From assembly GCF_000143415.4 (NCBI RefSeq), contig NW_003314356.1:655093-719092 (forward strand): a stretch of DNA of 64,000 nt, written 5' to 3'. Made by a program: the position numbers and the translations under genes. The DNA is from Selaginella moellendorffii (Eukaryota; Plantae; Lycopodiophyta). The notes beneath the pieces were generated by a model. That model was not told the DNA's origin and did not search any database. It saw only the letters and a list, made by a program, of their open reading frames with translations. Shown here piece after piece: positions 39,450 to 51,109 of this stretch (position 1 is the stretch's first letter; every line of letters starts with the position of its first letter).

Positions 39450-40140
39450 GGTCGAGCTGGACGTGCTGCGAATTCCATCTGGGATCTTGGGCGCGAGAGA
39501 GAAGACCGATTCATCCAAACTACGAGCTCCTGGAGGATTTCATCGAGAGTACCGAGCGGAGGAACGTCCATGTTGTTGCATGGGCAACTCCTACTTTGGG
39601 CATTGGTGGCTCTGGTGTGGATTGCTAATTGCTACGCTACATGAGAACAGATATTGTTACTAGTTAAAGTAAAAAATCAAAGAGGAATTCTATGGAACTC
39701 CAACTTTCCTGTCTGGCTGATCGTCGATGGATCAGCCCAGGAGTTCTCAGCTGGCCCCTCCATACCGCGACGCGTACACTGGTATAGTCTGCCATTTGGA
39801 AGCTTAGTCTCTGGACAAACTGGAGCAGTGCAACCGAGCTCTGGGTTTTGGATTGAGCAGGAGAGCTCGACTCGAAGTCTGTGGTGGCTTGCCAGGCCTC
39901 GTTGTCAGCAACAAGCCGTGCGTGAAGTGTCACGTCCGAGCTGCAGTGGCGGAGGTGGCGGATTGGGAGTCCGCTGTATGTTAGCGATGGATTCGCGGAC
40001 GAGATCAAGGAGGGCCTTCAAGCGCTCGTACACCTCAAGCTAGTCCAGGAATCCGGGCGTAAGCGATGCTGGTGTTTGGATCCGACTACATCGCAAAGCA
40101 AGTTTTCAAGAGGATGACGAGCAAGAACGGAGCCTTCTGC
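39450..40140 (+). pseudogene. Crinkler/RHS-type NTPase pseudogene fragment (copy 2)
   Basis: DNA paralogous to 34460-34990 (AGGTCGAGCTGGACGTGCTGCGAATTCCATCTGGG, GTCTGGCTGATCGTCGATGGA, CTGGAGCAGTGCAACCGAGCTCTGGG); frameshifted. Confidence 0.62.
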
Positions 40141-40223
40141 GAAGACCGCCCGTCCATCGCTGCTCTCGTGGATCCATGCTGGAAAGCATAGTTTAAAGAG
40201 TAGCTTCAAGCAAACGAGAAAAG

Positions 40224-41921
40224 TCAATCTTCCGCGTTCGCCACACCGGCGTGCATGTTGGAGAGCAGCGCATACGGGGCCATGGCGTTGGAATCCATCT
40301 CTCGGAGCTTTCGAGCAGCTCGAGTAGCGCGGCTCTCGTCTCCAATCTCCTTGCAAGCGCTGAGAAAAGTCGTCCATGCCACAGCATCCGGCTCGAAAGG
40401 CATGCTTGTCACCAGATCCTCCAGCAGCTCGAGCTTCCCCGATCGTCCCAGAAGATCCATCACGCAAAGGTAGTGAGCCAGCGAGAGCTCCAGATCGTAG
40501 TCCCAAGCCATTCGCACGACGTGAATCCATCCATCGCCTTCCACTCCGCCATGGCTGCAAGCCGAGAGAACACTCACGATCGTCACGCAGTCGGGGAGGA
40601 TCCCGGCGAGCAGCATCTCGCGGAAGATCGCCAGAGCTTCCGGGAGATGGCCATTGTGAGCATACGACGTGATCAGCGCTGTCCAGAGTATCACGTCCTG
40701 GATCGGGAGCTCCGAGAAGATCATCCGAGCGGTCTCGAGCTGGCCACACTTGCCGTAGAAATCGACGAGAGCGCTCCCAATTCGCAAGTCCCTGCCCAGC
40801 CCCCGATCCGAAACGCTCTCGTGGATGATCCTGCCCTCGGCAACCGCGGCCGCGCTCGAGCACGCATCCAGCACCGCGACGTAAGTCATCTCCTCGGCTC
40901 GAAACCCCTCGAGATCCATCCGGAGGAACAGACGAAGCGACTCTCTCCCGCTGTTCTTGGCGTAGGCCGAGATCAACACCGACCAAGTCACCGAATTCCT
41001 CTCGGGCATCTCGTCGAAGATCGCTCGCGCAACAGCAAGATCCCCGACCTGAGCATACGCGTCCACCATCGTCGTCGAGGTGATAATGTCTCGCATGGGA
41101 ATCCTCTCAAACATCTCACTCGCGCGATCGATTTCGCCAGCCTCGGCGTACGCCTGGATCATCGCATTCCAGGGAGCCTCACTCCGGTGCTTCATCCAAT
41201 GAAAGATCTCTCTCGCCTTACAAAGATCTCCTCGTTGGGCATATGCTGCAAGCATGGTTGTCCAGGAGATAAGATCCCACCCGGGAGCTCTTTCCAGCAC
41301 GGTTATCGCAGCATCCACCATCGCCACCTGAGCGTAGATCACCACTACAGTGTTCCAGGACACCAAGTTCCTCTCCTCCATCGTCTCAAACAGTCTCCGA
41401 GCCGATCGAAAATCCCCTCTCTGGCCAAGAGCTCGGATCATCGCCGTCTGGGAGACGAGATTGTGCTGCGGCATCGCCTGGAACATCGTCCCAGCCTCAC
41501 GGATCCGACCACTCTGAGAGAACGCCGCCATGACGATCGTCCATGACACCACATTCTTCCTCCGCGAGAGCTCAAAGATCCGCCGAGCCTCTTGCAGTTG
41601 CCCCTTGTTGGCATATGCTGCCATGACCATGTTCCACGAGAAAACATCCGGCTCGAGAAGTCTCGCCAGCACTGACTCGGCGTCCGCGCCAGATCCACCA
41701 CAGGCCGCATACATCTGGAGCATCAAATTCCCGAGAAAGCATCCCCGATCCAGCCCGTGGCTGGCGATGTGATCGTGCACAACCCTGCCGACACCCAGCG
41801 GTGCCCGTGAATCGATGCATTGCCGCAGGATGGAGCTGTAGATCGAGCAAGTCTGTGGTTGATCTTGGAGCTCCAGCAGCTGCCTCACAGATCCATCCAA
41901 ACTTTGAGGTAGCCTTCTCAT
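40224..41921 (-). CDS. PLS/SS-class PPR protein with E domain
   Basis: 565-aa intact ORF with NVVSWT, AYAQRGDL, FYGKCGQLETA, HYLCVMDLLGRSG, PYALLSNM. Confidence 0.93.
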   Translation of the reverse strand: MRRLPQSLDGSVRQLLELQDQPQTCSIYSSILRQCIDSRAPLGVGRVVHDHIASHGLDRGCFLGNLMLQMYAACGGSGADAESVLARLLEPDVFSWNMVMAAYANKGQLQEARRIFELSRRKNVVSWTIVMAAFSQSGRIREAGTMFQAMPQHNLVSQTAMIRALGQRGDFRSARRLFETMEERNLVSWNTVVVIYAQVAMVDAAITVLERAPGWDLISWTTMLAAYAQRGDLCKAREIFHWMKHRSEAPWNAMIQAYAEAGEIDRASEMFERIPMRDIITSTTMVDAYAQVGDLAVARAIFDEMPERNSVTWSVLISAYAKNSGRESLRLFLRMDLEGFRAEEMTYVAVLDACSSAAAVAEGRIIHESVSDRGLGRDLRIGSALVDFYGKCGQLETARMIFSELPIQDVILWTALITSYAHNGHLPEALAIFREMLLAGILPDCVTIVSVLSACSHGGVEGDGWIHVVRMAWDYDLELSLAHYLCVMDLLGRSGKLELLEDLVTSMPFEPDAVAWTTFLSACKEIGDESRATRAARKLREMDSNAMAPYALLSNMHAGVANAED

Positions 41922-42939
41922 AATCCATGATATTAGTCGGATAGCTGAATTTATGAATTTAAGTCATGTCAATATGTCAATAGAAGTATTATTGACTTTC
42001 ATTGACTGAGTTGACTCTTTCTCTCATTCTTTCATCCCAGACAATATTCCACGCCCTCCCGCAGCAACTCACAGTATCATCAGTATCCAGGGTATCTGCT
42101 GTGTCGTCGTCCCGCTCCTGGCGTTCCGGGCCCTATCGGCTGAGGCACCCCACTGATACTGCTTCACGACGTGCTGATACCAGGAGCCACCACTCCCTCG
42201 CGTTCACCGCCGCCACGCCGACACCACCATTTCCGCTCGCCTCCACAGCCAACCATGCACGACCAAGGTTTTGACGACAAGGCCAAGGTGAGTCGATAGG
42301 ACAAGGCAGAGGCAGTGATGACGATCTCCAATTGGCTCGCACAAGCTGCCAGCACGATGACTGGAGAAGAATGGTGCAAAACCTTTGGAAGCAGCCGTGT
42401 CCCCCTAGATCTGTCCCGCTGCAAGGTAGAGCCTTCCAAGGCTTCCCAGATCTACTCATTCATTCCCCCGGAGGAACCCGGGAGCACTATTGCTCAAAGT
42501 GGACGTCCCAGGAAACATCGATTCAGAGGACTTTGCCAAATTCCTAATCACCCAATTTCACTGCACAAAATTCCAGATGCAACTGGCAGGACATTTCTGG
42601 TGTGCTTCTGGTACGAAAGTGACCTGCTCGTTTCACAAGGGTCGAGAAAAGTTAAAGGATCGCACCAAGGGAGACTTCTTCCCAATTCGCCTCCAAGAGT
42701 CCGCCCGCTCCAAAGATGGTGATACGGAACTGGTGGATGCGGAAACCACTCGCGAGATAATGGCGGAGAGTAACGTGCGGAGTGGCAACTATACAAGCTC
42801 CACTCGTGAAACCTCTTACTATCTAACCTCAACGTTCCAAACGACGAAGATGATGCCACCGCATTCAAACGAGAACTACAACGAAGTGGAGCCACGCAAA
42901 CGAACCTATTCTAAACAACGCAAGTTTCTTTTACTACCT

Positions 42940-43740
42940 AGGTATATTTCTTTTTATTGGCAATGGCTGTGGAGACTATGAAGGATGTGTGGTGTATGAA
43001 GTATGGGGTGAGCATGTTACTTCGATGCTGGCAACACTCGCTACTTTCCAGCGGCATAAATCCGAATGCTCGAGGAGCTGGGTAAGCATTTCGATCGCTC
43101 CGAGACACACCCTTTTACAATGTGTGTGAATCTAGACGACGAGCAAAGCCGGCCAATGAACATTCTGGATGTGGGCTGTGGATTTGGAGGAACATCTCGG
43201 TACGATAGGTTTCACAGGAGGCTCCCAGAGGCGCAACCGTTAATTGAAATTTGGCCACTAAAACGCGCTGATTAAGATTTTGCTGGGACGGGAGAGGGAG
43301 TAATGAAAGCGCTGCCCCGTCACTGCCAAGTAAGCGGAGAGAGAGTGAATCAGGATAGCATATCTTCTTCCACCTTGGTGCCAGACATTTATATAACAAT
43401 CGATACAGGTCTGTGTTGTAATTTCAGAGTTTACTGTGTGCCAGAAGGTACAAGTGGAAGATTGAACATGGCACATGCTTCCGTTTTAAGGCCTTCTCAC
43501 TGTAGAGATCTTTACCTTGAGAGGTGCATTCAAGATTTTAACATCAGGTAATAGAAAACTTTTCCAAGAGTAAACAAAATGGACACATCTTCGTACAAGT
43601 ATATCCTTGGCATATCACTTCTCGTACATGGACAAAGGATTCAAGACTGGCGTTTTCAAGTATGCTGTGGTCATGGCAGCAGGAGACTTGTCTCCTTCGA
43701 TCACTTTAATCATCAATAATGTTCATGATTTCTTACAGTA
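42940..43740 (+). pseudogene. Gamma-tocopherol-methyltransferase-like pseudogene (upstream tandem copy)
   Basis: Remnants VWGEH.YFDAG, IRMLEEL, DDEQSRPMNILDVGCGFGGTSRY, KVEDXTWHMLPF, YMDKGFKTGVFKYAVVM parallel the intact gene; stops and deletions. Confidence 0.85.
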
Positions 43741-43806
43741 AGAAGGAATTTTAAGTCCTAGCTGAGCAGCGGCTGTTCAGTAAGCGCCAGCGTCTTTGTT
43801 CCTGCA

Positions 43807-45014
43807 ATGGCCGGCGAGATCGAAGAGTTTTATGACGAGGGATGCGTGGTGTATGAGGCCCTGTGGGGTGAGCATATGCACTCGGGCTACTTTGAGGCGG
43901 GCAAGCCTGGGGACTTTCGAGTGGCACAAGTCCGAATGATCGAGGAGGTCCTCTCTTGGGCCGGAGTACCAAGTAAGCTTTTGGTCATGGTATCCCTCTC
44001 TATTCTATTACAATCTCCTAGATGATGAGCAAAGCCGTCCTCGAGACATACTGGACGTGGGCTGCGGTTTTGGGGGAACTTCTCGATATCTGTTCAAGAA
44101 GTACTCGGCAAATGTGAAAGGAATAGCACTGAGCGATTACGAGATCGCCAGAGCCAAAGCCATCGCGAGGGCGGAAGGAGTTTCAGACAAGGTAGATTCC
44201 ACTCGGTTGTTTGGGGCGGTTTCTAACACTTAAGAACAGGTGACATTCCAAGTAGCAAATGCACTGAATCAACCGTTCGAAGACGGCCAGTTTGATCTCG
44301 TCTGGTGCATGGAATGCGCAGTGCACATTGAGGACAAACTCAAGGTAGAAGAATTCATAATATTTTCATCTGAGTTTGTTTAAATTCCCGCACGCGATTG
44401 CAGCTTATGCAAGAGATGGCACGCGTGACCAAGCCCGGAGGTCGGGTGGTGCTTGTGAGCTGGTGCCACAGAGAACTGAAGCCTGGAGAAACTTCACTCA
44501 AGAAGCATGAGCAAGTAAGCGAAGTTCCTAGATATTTCTTGATCTCTTAAGAAGATTGTCATAACATATGGCTGCAGGCGCTCTTGGATAAGATCTGTGC
44601 TGCTTACTTCTTTCCACCCTGGTGCGCCACTTCTGAGTACGAAACATTAGCACGCAATGCGGGCTTGCAAGTAAGAGTTCGGTTTCTTCAAAGTTTCTCG
44701 ACTCTATGGCTGATCTTATGTATTATCTTATCTGTAGGAAGTAAAGGTGGAAGATTGGACTCGACACATGCTTCCATTCTGGGGAATGCTCACGGGCCAG
44801 CTCTTTACATTGGGAGGTGCATTCAAGCTCGTGACATCAGGTACGTAAAGATCTTGTTACGCAACTTTGGTTTCTTGTTTTTATTTCTTGCTTTCCAGGA
44901 TGGGCACATATGCGGACAAGTCTGTCATTGGCTTATCACTTCTTCTACATGGACAAAGGATTCAAGAATGGCACCTTCAAGTATGCCGTGGTGATGGGAA
45001 AGAAAGAGCTGTGA
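43807..45014 (+). CDS. Gamma-tocopherol methyltransferase-like (VTE4/TMT family) SAM-dependent methyltransferase, no obvious transit peptide
   Basis: About 7 exons: FYDEGCVVYEALWGEHMHSGYF, ILDVGCGFGGTSRYL, QPFEDGQFDLVWCMECAVH, EMARVTKPGG, WCHRELKPGE, LLDKICAAYFFPPWC, VEDWT. Stop at 45012-45014. Confidence 0.88.
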
Positions 45015-45119
45015 TCATAAGGGAGCATTGGATTCCATAAGCATTCGTCTGCTCTGTTTTTCTTTAAATTCCTGGTATTTAATATTATAAACACAACCAG
45101 CCTGCCCATCTTACAATCT

Positions 45120-45720
45120 GCTCGACCACCCATCTCCAGACTACACCGACGAGAGAGATGACCAATCAGGCACCATCTCGCGAGTCACCAAGAACGCCAC
45201 GACACAAATCTCAAGCAGAAAGGAAGGTCCCAATAGACGCTAGGCGGCGAAAACATGGAACAAGATGCTTAGAGTTAGAGCGTGTTCTTTTCATTTGCAT
45301 TTGTGGACTTTCTCCTTGTTCTTTCTTCTATCAGAAATCCACTACCACTTAAAATTCTGTCCCATCTCGCGCTCAATGATTATGCTTAAAGCGGACACCA
45401 TAATGGACTCTCTAGGGCTCACTGCTAGCATGGAACGACCGCGTCTAAGCATCTTGTTCTGGAATGCAACAGGATTCCCGACTCACTCCGGTCTCGGGTT
45501 TTTATATGTATCAGATGCACGAGACTGCCACAATACCAAGGTTCCGTGGCACAAGGAAGAGGATCCGCAAGGGAGGGGGGGATGTGGTAATATACTCAAG
45601 GGACACTACTCTACCAGATGCACAGCTCCTCTGCCGAGACGTGAATAATCACTTCTTGGCCATACGACTCAAGGCCAATGCCTCGGCTCCCACCATGATC
45701 TTTGCCTGTTACTTCCCTCT
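45120..45720 (+). mobile_element. Truncated non-LTR retrotransposon fragment (end of ORF1 and N-terminus of APE endonuclease)
   Basis: SILFWNATG, RKRIRKGGGDVVIY and MIFACYFP follow the APE endonuclease motif order; frameshifted and 3'-truncated. Confidence 0.6.
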
Positions 45721-45782
45721 GACATGGTCGATTGTGTTGATTGTTATTTTCGTATTAAATGATGTACGGATGGTACATGTTA

Positions 45783-47900
45783 TCATATTTTAACCTTGTC
45801 ATGTAGAAAGGGTGCAAGTATTTCGATGAATTCAGCCTTCTTCAATTTTTTGTGAACCGCTGGATCCATCCCGTAATCCTTCGCAATTGTCTCCAACTTC
45901 TCCCTTGTTGAATAGTCAAGGATTTCCTCCAAGAGTGACTTGGGAACTGATACAGTGGTTGCTACTGCTGCTCCTGTGGCGGGTGCCAAAGGCTCTCGCA
46001 TCCTTGTGAGTTGCTCGAGCTTTTCCCTGAGGCTGTCCTGGAACGTGTGGCGAAAAGCATCCTGAAACGTGACTGTATGAACTGTGTGTCCAGCCATGCC
46101 GTAGTATTTCCCACTTGGAAGACGCTTAATCACTGGATCCACGGAGACCGGGGCGGACTGGTTCAAGCAGACAAATGTAAAATGCAACGTCCAGTCGTCC
46201 TTGGGCTCCCATGCCGATGACTTCTCCTCAAAAGCTATCCATTTCTCCACCACTCCAAGATTCATGAACTCCCCAACACTGCGCCTGTGGGATTTGTCAT
46301 TCGTTGTAGCCTGTAGAGCAAAGAAATGCAGCCTGCCCTGTGAATCCCTGAACGCAAGAGCCCCGTCAACAGCATGCAAGTTCCACTGAAACGGAAGGAA
46401 GAAAATTCCATCCACCACCTTGTTCTGAATGTCGCCAATCCAAGCTGCATAGTTCGGAGGAGAAGAAAATGGCAAGACTCTGATGTTGCCTTGGATATGG
46501 ATGTCGTCTACAACCATACCACCACAGTGCGTGAGCGCTTCCGAGAACAAATGTTCACATAGCCAGCCCATCTCGTTCCAGTTGATACCCGTGGGATTCC
46601 TCAGCAGATAGTCGCAATATGGAACCCATGCACCACCATTGAAACTGCCTCGTTCGGCTTCCCTGAAACCTTCGATGTGCAACCTCTTGACATACGGAGT
46701 GCAGTAGTCCTTCACGCGCCGCTGGCTGTCCAGTAGCACATATCTCCTATCCGCTTGCATCATTTGGCTCAAGTTATAAACTCCGCTTAAACTGCACCGA
46801 CGCACCACGCTTGCACAGTCACTGGCAATGGTTGACAAAGAACTTGAACACATGAACAGCTGTAGAACCGCATCCCAGTCCTCTCGGTCTCGGAGACACT
46901 CAAGGGTCTCTGAATTATCTGGAGGTTTCACCGCATCCGGAAAGCCACCTAATTTTCTTTTCCTCGTCGGTTGCGGATTGATACGAGCAGCGTAGTTTCT
47001 GCATGCTTCGTCCAGAGTGGAAAGGAAGAGCGGATGGTTGCCCCCGTAGATATCAACTTCTTCTTTCCACTCGGGACAGAGGTTGCCAAGGACGGACTGA
47101 TCCATAAAGGCTTTATAAGAGGCCTACATACACAAAAGTTTAGAGAACCACAGAAACTGTGAAACACAAGCAGAACTTACATCTTTGAACCCCAACGACA
47201 TGTGGTACTGGCTTTGCTGCAGGGAGCTGTCACCAATGTCTGTTGCAGCTGGAGAGACACCGTATATGCAACAACGTCCAAGCCTGACAACTCTACACAA
47301 CAGTGCTTTCATTTGATTCCTGTGTTCCACATCACCTCTTTCTTCGCCGTTTGATCGCTTACTATCAAGCGACTCTGCACGATCGATGACGAAATAGAAA
47401 ACTTCCCCGCTGCGGTGCCGCCTGTCGGAAAGGAAATTACACACCTCCTGTACAGAAGTCAGCTGCGCAATCGTCCTGCACGCTGCCTCGTCCTCACAGT
47501 ACGCAAATAACAGCGCGTTCCGCAGAGCTTCCATGTGATTGTAGAGCGCCCATTCCATGTCCCAAATGCAGATGATCTTCTCGTTCTCCTCGCTCTGGTT
47601 AATGAGAGCGGCAGCTATCGCACGCAGTGTGCAGCTCTTGCCAATGCCTTTGGCTCCGGTCACGTAGATTGGCGCTCCCACTTCATGCATCTCCAATAGT
47701 TTCCTCACTGCTTCCTTGCCAATGAACTTGATCACCCCTCCTGGTCGCAAACCTACTGGACCTATGCCAGGATAGGGGATTACCGTCACAGCATCGGGCT
47801 TCACCAAATCTTCACACTTGAATTCTGCCGACTTCAGGGTCTTGTATGCAACTCGGCCTTCCCCAAAAGTGACGATCCCGACCACTGCCGCATCCGCCAT
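45783..47900 (-). CDS. Crinkler/RHS-type P-loop NTPase + PD-(D/E)xK REase protein with C-terminal HeH/Rho_N-like helical tail
   Basis: Exons 47900-47181 and 47123-45783 (686 aa, phase-0 GT-AG intron). Walker A GAKGIGKS, Walker B YFVIDRAE, GGNHPLFL, REase NLHAVDG...FALQAT, tail REKLETIAKDYG...KLKKAEFIEIL. Confidence 0.8.
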
Positions 47901-47969
47901 TGTCGACAAGGCAACCGTTAAAAAACTATATACTAACCTATAGCTAAAGAGCTTCTATAAATTTTCACC

Positions 47970-49230
47970 TGCTGGATCTATGGCTATGGCTGCCTAGTGA
48001 AGCCTTAACGATGGCAGGAAGCTCCACACCCAAATCGATCACGATGGCCACACCACCAACACATTCATCCCCAATCTCCTACTGGAAATGTACGCCAGAT
48101 GCGGCAGCCTCGAGGATGCGGTGTCGTGCTTGGCCGCCATAGCCGCCAAGAACGTCTTCTCCTGGAACAGCGCCATCGCGGCAATTGCCCCCCACGGGCA
48201 TTTCGATGAGGCCGTGGATTGCTTCGCGGCGCTGATCCATGCGTATGGCGGTTGAGGCCGGATTGACGAGGCGAGATCGCTCTTGTGCCAAGAGCAGGAG
48301 ATCGACAGCGATGTGTGGAATTCGCTCATGGCTGTGTGTTCTTGGAATGGGGAGGGGAGAAGGGGCTTGGAGATTTTCTGGAGGATGCATCAGATGGGAG
48401 TGAGGCCGGATGGATTTAGCTTCAGCACAGCGATTGGCGCGTGCACGGCGATCGGCGTCTGGATCGAGAGAATGAGATCCTCGCCCGAGATGCTTGCAAA
48501 GAGAGGGAAAATTCAAGAAGCCTGTAGCGTCTTCCAGCACGTGAGAATCGGACGTGAACTTATCTTGGGAACGCGACGATCGCGGCGCTAGCGCAGGGTA
48601 GCAGAATCGGTGCTGCGCTCCGGCTCTTCGAGATGAAGCGTCCAGATGCCGTTTCCTGGACGACGCCGTGAGGAGGAGGCATTCCAGCTCTTGTGCAGGA
48701 TGGATTTGGAAGGTGTGAAGCCAGACAGAGTCACATTCGTCGCGATCGTGAATGCTTGCTCTGATTCCTTGAGTACCGTCCGGGAAATCCACTCCAGGAT
48801 TGTTGGATCGGGCTTTTCATCCTTCTTGGAGATCAAGAACGCTCCTCGAGAAGATCGATCTGGCCTCCTGGAGACCACCGCATTGGGAATATTTCGCAGC
48901 GGCCAGCACAGGGACGTGATCTCGTGGAGCTCCATGATAGAATCGTGCGCCCACCACGGCCGCGGCGAAGAATCCCTCGCTCTCTTCCGCCGGATGCAGC
49001 AAGAAGGCGTCGATCCAAACGCTATCACCTTCTTGAGCATTCTCTCTGCGCGCCGGCAATCTGGATTCCTGGACGGAGGAGGCGCTGGGTTGCGTGGGAG
49101 CGATGGAGGCGTCCTGGGCAAGAAGGCCGCCGCGCTTGCACCGTGGATCTTCTTGGAAGAGCTGGGCGGTTGAAAGAGGCCGAGAATCTCATCACCGCTG
49201 ATGGGGAAGTGTCGTCCGGACGAAGCTGGA
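47970..49230 (+). pseudogene. Decayed copy of PPR gene 36290-37960
   Basis: Near-identical DNA blocks (CQEQEIDSDVWNSLMAVCSWNGEG, DVISWSSMIESCAHHG) with many deletions, stops and a small internal inversion (~48845-48900). Confidence 0.92.
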
Positions 49231-49413
49231 GCAGCAAGAAGGGTATTTAGCAAGAAGGGTTTAGCAAGAAGGGCTGGTTCAAGGGTTTAGCAAAGAAGAT
49301 GCAGGGAAAGGGAGATCTGGTTTTGTATGTGACAGTGAACACTGCAGAGTTGAGTAGAGAGTTTTGTGATGGGCTTGCCATGGAACATCATCTCTTCCCA
49401 GACGAGGTAATTG

Positions 49414-50571
49414 ATGCAATCATTGATAGGGCAACGTTCTCGAGTGCATGGACGTTTTTCAAGCGCACGGCATAATAGGATGGCAAGGAGGTTCCTCAAA
49501 GAAAAATTGCCATTGCAAGCTCTGGACACTCTGGATGAGACTTGTGATCAAGACACGTTTGAAGAGGTGCTTAGTTATCCCTATGACATCTTCGACTTGT
49601 CACTTGAACAGCTCATTGAAAAGATGGACATCACGAGGAAGAAAGGTTACAAATGTGGACCCAAGGTCCTTTTGAACGTGCTTACCTTGCTATCAAAGTG
49701 CAATCTGGGGAAGATGTACAGCAGTTATATGCAAAGTCTCTTCTTTGACATGATTCGGGAACACCCAATGTTAGTGGCAAAACAAGAGTTCAGCCAAGTT
49801 GTCCTGGATAATAACCTGGACAATTCCATGTTTATTAAGCAGTTGATTTGCAAGGAGGCATTCACATTAAATGGTATGGTGGATCCAGACCTATTGATCA
49901 GCACATGCGGTTGCAAAGTTGACAGATATGGCTGGAGAGAAACTCTCCATTTGTTGCTTGAGATGGTTGAACCAGAACGAGCATATCAATCAGCTTTGGA
50001 TGCAGCCACAGGTGATGAAGTTGTATTCTCTATCATAAGAGAAGCCATGCATGCTAAAGTGATTGTGGATCCAACTGAAGCACTACTATTTACTTGTAGC
50101 AGGGATATTTCAGCAAAAAAAGAGCTTTTAGCATCTGGCTTGAAGGCTGGTCTGCTCAAGTTAAACGATTACATCATATCCCAGATGATTCCAATAATGG
50201 ATGCCGAGGCTGTTATGTTGTTTGAGCTAGCATGCAAAGGTTCCTACCCTTTGCCTGAATCTCTACGAAGTGTGCTAGATATGCAGTGTAATATTGGAGT
50301 GACGTTGCTATTCGAGGCATGGTGCAACCTAGAGAAAGCTGATAAGGAGACGTGTCTCAAGCTGGCGGAGAGACTAACAGCGGAAGTATTGCCAAGAGAA
50401 GCTCTGTTTATATTGAATACACACCTCAAATTTGACAAGTCACCCGAAGTAGCCGAAGCTGTGAAAGCAGCAAGTGAAATGGAAGCTACTGTAGCTAGTT
50501 TATTTGATGAAAGAAGGCACTATCCTTATTGTGTGGTGACAAAAAAATATGAAACGCTTCTTCCAATATAA
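49414..50571 (+). CDS. Hypothetical alpha-helical protein (~365-385 aa)
   Basis: Intact long ORF (ATG at 49414 or 49480) with a pseudogenised paralog at 35190-36190; no known motif. Confidence 0.7.
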   Translation: MQSLIGQRSRVHGRFSSARHNRMARRFLKEKLPLQALDTLDETCDQDTFEEVLSYPYDIFDLSLEQLIEKMDITRKKGYKCGPKVLLNVLTLLSKCNLGKMYSSYMQSLFFDMIREHPMLVAKQEFSQVVLDNNLDNSMFIKQLICKEAFTLNGMVDPDLLISTCGCKVDRYGWRETLHLLLEMVEPERAYQSALDAATGDEVVFSIIREAMHAKVIVDPTEALLFTCSRDISAKKELLASGLKAGLLKLNDYIISQMIPIMDAEAVMLFELACKGSYPLPESLRSVLDMQCNIGVTLLFEAWCNLEKADKETCLKLAERLTAEVLPREALFILNTHLKFDKSPEVAEAVKAASEMEATVASLFDERRHYPYCVVTKKYETLLPI

Positions 50572-51075
50572 ATTTTTATATTAGTTTAAAAATAATAAAT
50601 ATTTCTTTTACCTTTATACTCTTGAAAATAGCTTTTATAAAAAGTACACCAATAATAGTATCAACAAAATGCTTAAAGGTTCCACTATATATTGTATACA
50701 AGTAGAATGACAATCTATACCTCTAAATACCTATTGTCCAGGTACTCTTCTTCCACAGTTAACTTACAATTACCAGATTTCACTTCATCAATTTGCCAGG
50801 TAATCTTTTGAGTTTTCTCTGTAAACTAATAGAACAAATGTCATTAACTTGATGATGGTGCTCTTGTCTTCTCTAGAGCAAGTCACTAATTGTTTTTCTC
50901 TCACACTAAAGCTTGAAAATTCTATCTTAAAATGAAATAACTAATTTTGTAAATAGGTTTACTAGTTCTAAGTTATTAAAAATTGATTACAAATAACTTA
51001 AATAATTTACTGTGCTGTGCAGCATATTTGATTTTTATGAATTCATAATATTTTAATAAATAAGGGGGTAGGGGG

Positions 51076-51109
<34 letters not shown>
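51076..51109. repeat. (GA)n microsatellite
   Basis: Direct inspection. Confidence 0.95.

Noticed and set aside
40018-41546. Long alternative ORFs (40251-41546 +, 40018-40986 -)
   Set aside because: Antisense or frame-shifted shadows of the GC-rich PPR gene 40224-41921.
42040-42930. ORFs of 135-163 aa upstream of the TMT pseudogene
   Set aside because: Frameshifted pieces with no start context or recognisable family.
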